DNA of 64,000 nucleotides from Candidatus Latescibacterota bacterium (lineage in GTDB: Bacteria > Latescibacterota > UBA2968 > UBA8231). Under the pieces are notes generated by a model, which was not told the DNA's origin, ran no database searches, and saw only the letters and a program-made list of their open reading frames with translations. This document shows positions 56,563 through 64,000 of this stretch, piece by piece. The stretch spans positions 422,631 through 486,630 of the forward strand of contig CBDCNM010000001.1 in NCBI GenBank assembly GCA_965219385.1, read 5' to 3'. Position 1 is the stretch's first letter. Every line of letters begins with the position of its first letter. The translations under genes and the position numbers were made by a program.

Positions 56563-57399
56563 TTACAAAACCAAAAGCATGGCGAGAGCGCCAACAACGG
56601 TGCCGATTTTGGCCGGCCAGTTCAGCCGTTCCTTCCAGTGGTAGTGGGCAAAAAAATTGTCCATCATTACCACGGCACAACCCTGCAGCGAGAAGAAGAG
56701 GATGCCCGGCACCTCGCTCAGGGCGGTGAGCACCATGAACAGCGCCAAAAGATTGTAGAAGCCAATGCCAGCCCCCATGTACAGATCCTGGGCTCTTGGC
56801 CGGCTGCGTTGCAAGGCGATGACTACGCACCCCAGGCCCCCGGCGGTAAAGCCGATCACCAGGAGCACGAGCAAACGCTGCTCGTCCAGACCGGCGTGGT
56901 GCACCCAGCCCAGGGTGGCATGGCTGACCCCCTGCAACAGGAAGATCCCCAAAACCAGCCCCAGGGTCGCCGCTCCCGAGAATTTCGTGCCCGGATTATG
57001 GCCCCGGGTCATCAGAATCAGCGAGACCACCGCCAGCAACAGACCAACCACCTGCCAGGGGGTGACTGCTTCGCCCCAGATCCACACCGAGGTCATGACG
57101 GGAACCACGATGGCCAGGCGGAAAGCCGTGAGGACGGCGCCTACGTCGGCGATTTCCAGGGCCCGGGTCATCAACAGCATGGAAATAATAAAAGCAACCC
57201 CGGTCGGGATGCCAACCTTGAGAATCGGTCCGGTGAGGACCAGTTCACCGCGAATCAGGTAGTAAATCGCCAGGAGTATGCCAACCACCAGATAGTTAGT
57301 GGATACCACGATCGGGGCCTGGCAGGCGCGACGCTGAGACCACTTGAAGAGTTGTCCGAAACCAAATGAAAAGAACAAAGAGAGGATGAGCCAGAGCAT
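56563..57399 (-). CDS. DMT/EamA family transporter
   Basis: About 10 hydrophobic segments, WGE and WKE motifs. Confidence 0.8.
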   Translation of the reverse strand: MLWLILSLFFSFGFGQLFKWSQRRACQAPIVVSTNYLVVGILLAIYYLIRGELVLTGPILKVGIPTGVAFIISMLLMTRALEIADVGAVLTAFRLAIVVPVMTSVWIWGEAVTPWQVVGLLLAVVSLILMTRGHNPGTKFSGAATLGLVLGIFLLQGVSHATLGWVHHAGLDEQRLLVLLVIGFTAGGLGCVVIALQRSRPRAQDLYMGAGIGFYNLLALFMVLTALSEVPGILFFSLQGCAVVMMDNFFAHYHWKERLNWPAKIGTVVGALAMLLVL

Positions 57400-57558
57400 G
57401 TGTTTATTGAAGGGTTTGGGATAATTTTGCAACTTAGCCTATTGCTGGCTTCTTATTTCTACTATAATAGTGCCCACAACAAATGGTCAACAAAAAATAG
57501 AGAATTTTTTTCCGACGTTAAGGAAGATGAGGCGAGCGCTAAAATAAGGAGAGTAGAT

Positions 57559-58452
57559 ATGAGCAACCAGGAAAACAGCCGTGAATTTGAACGTCCTTTC
57601 CCGGCTCTGACCCCGGCTCAGCGCTACCATCTGGACGTCAACGGCTACGTGGTGGTCGAGAACACCCTGAATCAGGACCAGGTCGGGCAACTCCACGAGG
57701 CCATGCAGCGGCTCAAGCGGGATTTGCTGGCAGCGGGAGCCGCGGAGAAGTCCGGCGAGACCTATGTCCGGGGCTGTCGCTTTTCCTCGGTCCGCCCGAA
57801 CTACGTGCACTTTGCCCACATCCTCGAAGCCGACCCGGTCATCTTCGATTATCTGACCCATCCACGGCTGGTCGGAATGGCCGAGGAACTGGTCGGAGGC
57901 AGCGTGCGCCTGGAGGAGTCGGAGGCGGTGATCAACACCCGCAACCCGGAAGAAAACCTGGACGAGTCGCCGCGCTATGGTTTCCACACTGGCACGCGGC
58001 CCCAGGTCGGGACCTACACCGAGAACGGCCTCTATCACTGCAACTTCGTCAAGACCCTGACCAATTTGACCGAACTGGGCCCGGACGACGGGGGCACTGT
58101 GGTCATTGCGGGCAGCCACAAGGTCCAGTGCGACCAGCAAGAGATCATCGCCTGCGCCTGCGAAGATCCTTCCCTGATCCACCAGGTAGTGGCCCCGGCC
58201 GGTTCCACCTTGCTGTTCGGGGAGGCCCTGATCCACGCCACCGGCCAGATCCGCAGCGACCGCGAGCGGGTGATCATCATCGGGGGCTACACCCCGCCGA
58301 TGTTTCAGGCATGGAACGGCCAGGAGCCCACGGACGGCTTTGTGGTACAGACCCCGGAACCCTACAAAACCTTTATCTCGGGGAGCGCTAAATGGCGCTG
58401 GGAAAAGCGGTTCCGGAGGCTGGATATGCCGGTGGCAGGAGCGGAGAAATGA
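57559..58452 (+). CDS. PhyH-family Fe(II)/2OG enzyme with an HxG motif
   Basis: NGYVVVEN.L, GFHTG, AGSH, EALIHA. Confidence 0.85.
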   Translation: MSNQENSREFERPFPALTPAQRYHLDVNGYVVVENTLNQDQVGQLHEAMQRLKRDLLAAGAAEKSGETYVRGCRFSSVRPNYVHFAHILEADPVIFDYLTHPRLVGMAEELVGGSVRLEESEAVINTRNPEENLDESPRYGFHTGTRPQVGTYTENGLYHCNFVKTLTNLTELGPDDGGTVVIAGSHKVQCDQQEIIACACEDPSLIHQVVAPAGSTLLFGEALIHATGQIRSDRERVIIIGGYTPPMFQAWNGQEPTDGFVVQTPEPYKTFISGSAKWRWEKRFRRLDMPVAGAEK

Positions 58453-58498
58453 GGTGGTACATTGGGGTGAGCAATACAGCCACGGGAGGAGGTATCCC

Positions 58499-59506
58499 AT
58501 GAACGCAGACCCGTTCCGCTTCGATGCGGCCACCAACCCTTATGGGTGCTCCCCGAAAGTGGTGGAGGCCATGGTGGAATTCGCCCGTTCAAGGCAGTAC
58601 CGCCTGTACGGCGAAGAGAGCGGGGAATCCCTGCGCGAAAACCTGGCCACTCATCTGGATCTTTCTCCCGAGAACTTCATGCTCTACAATGGCGCGGGAG
58701 AAGCCCTGGTCTGGCTGTTCATCGCCCATCTGGTGCTCAGGCCGGGCCGCCTGATGGTGGCCTATCCGTCCTATGAACGCTTTGTCATGGCGGGTAAGCG
58801 CTGTGCGGCCGAGGTGGTCGAGGTCCCTCTGGAAAACGACGATTTTTCTCTGTCTGTAGAGCGGTTCATTGAGACCAGCCGGCGCCATAAGGTCAGCGTA
58901 GGCCTGCTGAGCAATCCCAATAACCCTTCGGGCAATCTCCTGCTCGATGCGGCTGCCCTGTCCAGGTTGCTCGAAGAGATGCCGGAGTGTCTCTGGATCG
59001 TGGACGAGGCCTACGGGGATTACGCGGGAGTGGGTTTTGCCTCCTGGGTGGAGGAGAGGAAAAACCTGGTGGTGCTGCGTACCTTTTCCAAAGCCTACGG
59101 GCTGGCCGGTCTGCGGGTCGGCTATGCCGTGGCGCACCCGTCCGTCATCCAGCTCCTTGTCCGGCTCCAGATCCCCTGGGTGGTGGATTCAATGGCCCTG
59201 GTGGCCGCGCAGGCGGCGCTGGAGGATCAGGAGTACCTGGACGAGGTAGTGGCGCAGATTCGGAAGGACTGTGGCCGTTTCTACAAAGCCCTGAAACAGG
59301 TTCCGTACTTCCACGTCTATCCGAGTGCGGCCAATTTTTTTCTGGTGCGGCTTGAAAATATCGATCCAGTGGAGTTGAAGGACTATCTGGAGCGGCACAA
59401 CATACGGGTTCGCAGGCGGCCGGATATGCCGCAGTACATGCGGTTTACCTCGCTGACAGAGGAAGAAAATCAGTACCTGCTGGATGCTGTTCGACGTTTG
59501 ATTTAA
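58499..59506 (+). CDS. HisC/CobD-like PLP aminotransferase (class I/II)
   Basis: NPNNPSG, VDEAY, RTFSKAYGLAGLRVGY. Confidence 0.88.
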   Translation: MNADPFRFDAATNPYGCSPKVVEAMVEFARSRQYRLYGEESGESLRENLATHLDLSPENFMLYNGAGEALVWLFIAHLVLRPGRLMVAYPSYERFVMAGKRCAAEVVEVPLENDDFSLSVERFIETSRRHKVSVGLLSNPNNPSGNLLLDAAALSRLLEEMPECLWIVDEAYGDYAGVGFASWVEERKNLVVLRTFSKAYGLAGLRVGYAVAHPSVIQLLVRLQIPWVVDSMALVAAQAALEDQEYLDEVVAQIRKDCGRFYKALKQVPYFHVYPSAANFFLVRLENIDPVELKDYLERHNIRVRRRPDMPQYMRFTSLTEEENQYLLDAVRRLI

Positions 59507-59600
59507 TTTGGGAAGAGGCGTTTGGAATTCCTGACATATCTGACGATGTTTTCATGAATGCTTTCATCGCCACGAGGTAAAACTGGAGAAGGAGAGAAAA

Positions 59601-60392
59601 ATGAGCGAATTCAAAATTATGGGTGGTATTTGCATGGTAACCGTACAGTTCCTTTGCATGAATGGCTGTGCAAAGTCAGAGAATGTGCCACCCCAGACAG
59701 AGAAGGTAGAGTGGGGCTACGAAGCAGAGAACGGGCCGGACGTTTGGGGCCAGCTAAGCCCGGAATACGTCCTTTGTGCCGAGGGGACGCGCCAATCTCC
59801 GATCGACCTCGTAAACCCCACGTCGGCAAAGCTTCCTGCTATCGTCTTCAACTACCAGCCAACAGCTCTGAATATCCGCAATAATGGCCACACGATTGAA
59901 GTAGCGTCCACTGAAGAAAACTGGGTTGAGGTTGATGGCACAAGGTATGAACTTCTGCAATCCCATTTCCACGCGCCAAGCGAACATACGATGGCCGGCA
60001 AACCATTTGATATGGAGATGCACCTCGTTCACAAAAATGAGGATGGCACGTTGGCTGTCATTGGGGTGCTAATTGAACAAGGTGGCGACCATGCCGCATT
60101 TAATCCTCTATGGGCGCATTTGCCAAGCGCCCCGGGCGAAGTGAAACGCATTGAGAATGTCACCATTAATGCCGCCGATTTGTTGCCGAGCACGAGGCAT
60201 GCCTATCGCTACGATGGTTCGTTGACTACCCCGCCTTGTTCGGAAGGAGTCAAGTGGTTTGTGCTGACAGCACCCATTGAACTGTCTGAATTGCAAATCG
60301 CCGCATTTGAAGCCATTTTCCATGACAACAATCGGCCGATACAGCCGATGAATGGGCGTGAACTTCTCGTGGATATTGCAGAAGACGACTAA
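59601..60392 (+). CDS. Alpha-class carbonic anhydrase, probable lipoprotein
   Basis: QSPID, NNGHT, HFH.PSEH, EMHLVH, GSLTTPPCSEGV. Confidence 0.93.
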   Translation: MSEFKIMGGICMVTVQFLCMNGCAKSENVPPQTEKVEWGYEAENGPDVWGQLSPEYVLCAEGTRQSPIDLVNPTSAKLPAIVFNYQPTALNIRNNGHTIEVASTEENWVEVDGTRYELLQSHFHAPSEHTMAGKPFDMEMHLVHKNEDGTLAVIGVLIEQGGDHAAFNPLWAHLPSAPGEVKRIENVTINAADLLPSTRHAYRYDGSLTTPPCSEGVKWFVLTAPIELSELQIAAFEAIFHDNNRPIQPMNGRELLVDIAEDD

Positions 60393-60483
60393 AACCGGGA
60401 CGCTCTTTTGGAAGCTGTCTCAAAATTCCGCCCAACAGGAGGCCCATTCGTTTCATTCAGAGAACCTTTCGGTTTTTGCGTTT

Positions 60484-60575
60484 CAGATAACATCTTCGTG
60501 CCCCCGAACCGCGCAGCGGTTTGGCGAAGGCCGAGGCGCCACCGGCGCCGCAGTGCAACACCGATGTGTTAGCTG
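60484..60575 (-). mobile_element. Integron attC site (A)
   Basis: Minus strand CAGCTAAC...GTTATCTG, 20 nt after the methyltransferase stop; internal hairpins. Confidence 0.72.
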
Positions 60576-60595
60576 AAGTCGATCTATTTCCAAGA

Positions 60596-61333
60596 TTACA
60601 TTTTCCGGACTATGAAGTATGCACGTCTGCCCAGCTCATAGGGCTCGCAATCCAGTGACGAAAAAGTATCGCACACCTCGAAACCCACCTCGGAAAAGAG
60701 AAATGTCAACTCTCGAAATCCATAGACCCGCATAGAACTGGTCTTCGTTTCGGAAATTCCGTTCGCAACCAAAGTCCATTCATTATCGATCCGGCTCTCC
60801 ATGTGTCGGTAGTTCGTGTCCTCCAGGACAACTATTTCACCTACTTTGCTCCAACTGCGGAGCTGGAGTCTTGGGAGTATTGTTTCAGCGACATTGGGAA
60901 TATCCAGAGCAAACCTCGAATCAGTCTTGAGCGTTCGATGCACTGCTTCGAGGAATTGCCTGTTTCCGTCGTCGTCGAAGTATCCGAAACTTCCCCAAAA
61001 ACAGAATGCCGCATCGAATGTCTCAATCCAGGACAGATCCCTCATATCCGTCTCGACAAGCTCAAGACCAAGATTCGCTTCTTGTGAAGCGGATTGCGCC
61101 TCTTGAAGCAGGACTGTCGTGATGTCAACGCCGGTTACTTTATAGCCCCTCTCAGCCAGCGGAATCGCCAATCTACCATTGCCGCACGGCACATCGAGAA
61201 CCCGACATCCTGGCTTCAAATTGAGCGCGCGCACGAGAAAGTCTACCTCGTCTGAGGTACGCCCTGCTCGCATATTTCTTTGAACGTCGAGCCAGTTTCC
61301 CGCAAAAAAAGTGGTCCACCACTCAGTACTCAC
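60596..61333 (-). CDS. Class I SAM-dependent methyltransferase (gene cassette)
   Basis: VLDVPCGNGR, GVD, DMR, SFGYF; GGAGG RBS before GTG 61333. Confidence 0.88.
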   Translation of the reverse strand: MSTEWWTTFFAGNWLDVQRNMRAGRTSDEVDFLVRALNLKPGCRVLDVPCGNGRLAIPLAERGYKVTGVDITTVLLQEAQSASQEANLGLELVETDMRDLSWIETFDAAFCFWGSFGYFDDDGNRQFLEAVHRTLKTDSRFALDIPNVAETILPRLQLRSWSKVGEIVVLEDTNYRHMESRIDNEWTLVANGISETKTSSMRVYGFRELTFLFSEVGFEVCDTFSSLDCEPYELGRRAYFIVRKM

Positions 61334-61372
61334 GTTTAACCTCCAATCTCGGGTCACTCCAATATTCGATTT

Positions 61373-61469
61373 CGGCTAACGTCTTCCGGTTGCCGAACCC
61401 CGAGCCCGTCGAGGGGTTGCCGAAGGCCAAGGCGGCACAGCCGCCGCAGTCGCAACCGGTTGTTACCGG
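61373..61469 (-). mobile_element. Integron attC site (B)
   Basis: Minus strand CCGGTAAC...GTTAGCCG with CCGGTTGC/GCAACCGG arms. Confidence 0.8.
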
Positions 61470-61484
61470 ATTTGAAATCTCGAC

Positions 61485-62231
61485 CTACCCAAACCCTTTG
61501 GCTCGGATCCATTCGATTGAGGTCGAGGTCTCCTCGTCAAGAACTTCCAAGCACCATACAGCCTCCGGCGCACGCTCCAGAAGTGCACTGCACACCTCAC
61601 CAATAGGGATGGTCCCTTGGTCGAGAGCGAGGTGCTCGTCTGACTCACCGTGATTGTTGTGCATGTGGACCCACCCGATTCTCGGTCCAAGTCGTTCGAT
61701 CCACGCTATGGGAGTCTCGCGAGAGTTGCAATGGCAGTGCCCGATATCCAGACAAACGTCGACTCGTGGATCGTCGATCGCGTCGATAACTTCAGCGAGC
61801 AAAAGGGCATCCCATTCCAGCATGTTCTCAACATGGTAGCGGACAGATGGTTCCTTGCCGTCGAGGAAGTCATGCCAGAACGCAACACATCGACGCAACC
61901 AATTCCGGGGTGCGCTGGTGCCTGGGACGTACCCGTGGTGCAGAATGATGTCGGGACACTCTAGTTCACGGGCGAAACGGCACGCCAGTTCGAATCGATG
62001 TCTTGTCACCTCCCGGATCATGGGATCATAGCTTCCAGCGCACAGATCACCGAAAGGACCGTGCAGGGACCGTGGCTGAAGATGGCCCAGAGCTCTTTGC
62101 AATTCGGGCACCTTCTCTGGCTCGAGGAAAGACTGGATCTCGATCCCATACCCATTCTGACGACAGATAGCTGCGAGCGTGAGGTCATCGACCGCGATCA
62201 TAATTCGATTTGGTTTGGAGCTCGTTGCCAC
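61485..62231 (-). CDS. Sugar phosphate isomerase/epimerase (AP endonuclease 2 TIM barrel) cassette
   Basis: LHGPFGDL, VEN, CLDIGH, HMHNNHG..DEHL. Confidence 0.85.
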   Translation of the reverse strand: MATSSKPNRIMIAVDDLTLAAICRQNGYGIEIQSFLEPEKVPELQRALGHLQPRSLHGPFGDLCAGSYDPMIREVTRHRFELACRFARELECPDIILHHGYVPGTSAPRNWLRRCVAFWHDFLDGKEPSVRYHVENMLEWDALLLAEVIDAIDDPRVDVCLDIGHCHCNSRETPIAWIERLGPRIGWVHMHNNHGESDEHLALDQGTIPIGEVCSALLERAPEAVWCLEVLDEETSTSIEWIRAKGFG

Positions 62232-62246
62232 TTCCTAAACTCATTT

Positions 62247-62327
62247 CCGGTAACGTTCAGGGCCTCCGAACCGCGTAGCGGTTGCGCGAAGGGCGCAAGC
62301 CCGAAGCCGGGGGCACGGTGTTAGCAG
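62247..62327 (-). mobile_element. Integron attC site (C)
   Basis: Minus strand CTGCTAAC...GTTACCGG; internal hairpins. Confidence 0.78.
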
Positions 62328-62352
62328 ACGTTGTCCTTCAAGGGACAGTTAC

Positions 62353-62658
62353 CTATCCCCTCTCCAGGTGCGGCCGCACCTCTCGCTCCAAGCGGTCCGA
62401 TAGCTCGTCTTCTGCTACATCCAGTGCATAGTCCATCTGAATGCCCATCCAGAATTGGGGTGACATGTTGAAATAGCGAGCGAGTCTCAGGGCGGTATCA
62501 GCCGTAATGCCTCGTTTCCCCAACACGATCTCGTTGATGCGTCGGGGCGGTACGCCGATGGAAAGCGCGAGGTGGTTTTGACTGAGATTCATCGGCTTGA
62601 GGAACTCTTCCAACAACACTTCCCCGGGATGAACAGGAGCCAATTTCTGAGCATACAT
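62353..62658 (-). CDS. higA: HigA family antitoxin
   Basis: HPGEVLLEEFL, RINEIV.GKR.IT.DTALRL, FWM.IQ..Y. Confidence 0.93.
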   Translation of the reverse strand: MYAQKLAPVHPGEVLLEEFLKPMNLSQNHLALSIGVPPRRINEIVLGKRGITADTALRLARYFNMSPQFWMGIQMDYALDVAEDELSDRLEREVRPHLERG

Positions 62659-62670
62659 AAGTCTATTTCC

Positions 62671-62948
62671 CTAGTGATAGTCTACGATCTCAACGTTGTA
62701 GGCATCGCCATTTCGCCAAGTGAAACAGATACGCCATTGGTCGTTGATTCGAAGTACTGGCCGGCCCGCTCGCCACGGAGTTTCTCGAGGCGATTGGCTG
62801 GTGGCACCCGAAGATCAGCTAGTGTAGTTGAACGATTGAGCATGCGAAGCTTGCGAACGGCGGTCTGTTGAATATCGCTGGGCAGCTTTCCAGATCGGGT
62901 GCGTTGGAATATCCGTTCGGTTTCTCGATCTCTGAAGGATCGTATCAT
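62671..62948 (-). pseudogene. higB: HigB toxin, frameshifted
   Basis: MIRSF...PPANRLEKLRGERAGQY, then the conserved RINDQWRICFTW...VEIVDYH* lies in another frame; consistent with a 4-nt deletion near 62753. Confidence 0.88.
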
Positions 62949-62954
62949 GAGTAC

Positions 62955-62985
62955 AATATATAACGCTTGTCATTAAACGACAAGC
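62955..62985 (-). promoter_or_regulatory. higBA promoter and operator
   Basis: TTGTCG-N17-TATATT, 6 nt before the ATG; GCTTGTC-N7-GACAAGC palindrome over the -35. Confidence 0.75.
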
Positions 62986-63022
62986 ATTATACTGGACGAA
63001 AATACAGCCTGTGTCGAACAAT

Positions 63023-63189
63023 GTCTGCTAACTATCTGATATGGGATTTTAGCTACTCCATAAACCGAAACTAATGAGGAATTGAGTAGTGCTGAATCAC
63101 CGACTTTCAGCGCGCCACTGTTTGGCTAACCAAAGCAGACGCGATTGCCAACGTTACTGTTGATATGCCTACTCCAACGATTGTTCAGC
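63023..63189 (-). mobile_element. Cassette boundary: degenerate attC or attI-like site
   Basis: GTTAGCAGAC core (63032-63023) perfectly complements the attC C end; GCTGAAC follows the upstream gene stop. Confidence 0.45.
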
Positions 63190-64000
63190 TTAATGTACCG
63201 GTTGGCTTCGAAATCCTAAAACGAAGCTGCTGGTGCAGTACGGGACGTTACCAGACTGGAACAGGCTGCTTTCAAAGCATTCATATTTGAAGTAGCCTCT
63301 ATTCAATTCCATCATGCGCTGAATAATACCCATCCCTACACCTTTCCCTCCGTATCCAAGCTCCTGCGCGTAATGACCTCTGACGCCGGCTTTTGTCAAT
63401 TCTGCCTTGCGACCATTGTCAAAAGCCAGGCTGGTCATTTCGAATTGCATCTCCACGAAATCGGGTGAAATAACACCAAATGTCACTTGGATTGCGGTAT
63501 CCGGCTTGCAGTATTTGAGGCAATTGTCAAACAGTTGCGATATTGCTGTCCTTGCGGTCGCAAAATTTACGAAACAATATTCGGTGGATGTACCGATATT
63601 AACACGCAATTTGCGAGTTCGGAATTCCTGCTCATAGAGGTAGTAACTCATCAGGCAGACCGTATGCACGCGGTGGCGTTGGAAGTCACTACGATGGAGG
63701 TTGACCGTTGGGGCGACAAAGTCAATCACGCTGTATTCGGACATTATCTGCCCTGTCGATTGCAGGACATTTAAAATCTCACTAGCAAAGTTTCGAGGAT
63801 TTTCAGTGAGTTTGTCTCGTATGTACTCAACCTTGTCTGCAGATGAAGATAGATCATGTTCCGAAATTAGCGAGAGCAGCTTGTTGTTGATTTCGGCGTT
63901 GAGGTTTCGCGTGTTGTGGACCGCCAGTTCGGTAGCATCGTGTTCGAGCGAGCTGCGCGTAGCAGCTATGGCTAGCGAGGCTTCGTAGCCGCGTAGTGCC
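63190..64000 (-). CDS. Histidine kinase-like ATPase (HATPase_c) protein, partial
   Basis: Frame is open to the window end; HNTRN H-box-like, LFDNCLKY N-box, GKGVGMG G2-box. Confidence 0.7.
   Translation of the reverse strand, partial: ALRGYEASLAIAATRSSLEHDATELAVHNTRNLNAEINNKLLSLISEHDLSSSADKVEYIRDKLTENPRNFASEILNVLQSTGQIMSEYSVIDFVAPTVNLHRSDFQRHRVHTVCLMSYYLYEQEFRTRKLRVNIGTSTEYCFVNFATARTAISQLFDNCLKYCKPDTAIQVTFGVISPDFVEMQFEMTSLAFDNGRKAELTKAGVRGHYAQELGYGGKGVGMGIIQRMMELNRGYFKYECFESSLFQSGNVPYCTSSFVLGFRSQPVH

Overview
GC-rich bacterial chromosomal window. Several PhyH dioxygenases and a C-terminal TAVxxxSWGxLK motif suggest Latescibacterota or Poribacteria-like origin (inference only). Main blocks: (1) 1-11.4 kb, minus strand, an iron/heme acquisition locus: OM barrel, imelysin, di-heme protein, TonB-dependent receptor, a deleted cytochrome c remnant, a tandem-HmuY hemophore, then hmuS-T-U-V. 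(2) 12-43 kb, housekeeping and catabolic genes: MlrC-like peptidase, nth, nudC, mnmA, gluconokinase, an MrpA-less Mrp antiporter operon, amidase, PhyH enzymes, serS, folD, mmsA, HOT, thrB, OCD and SDRs. (3) 43.3-54.3 kb, a defence island: type I-like HsdR, Fic-HTH, fused HsdM-HsdS, a TIR protein with an unassigned C-terminal domain, several broken or orphan toxin-antitoxin modules, and an AAA ATPase + DUF3226-like pair. (4) 54.6-60.4 kb, metabolic genes including a PhyH with an HxG motif and an alpha carbonic anhydrase. (5) 60.5-64 kb, a minus-strand integron cassette array with three attC sites; no integrase lies in the window. Family names come from motif recognition only; no database search was run.
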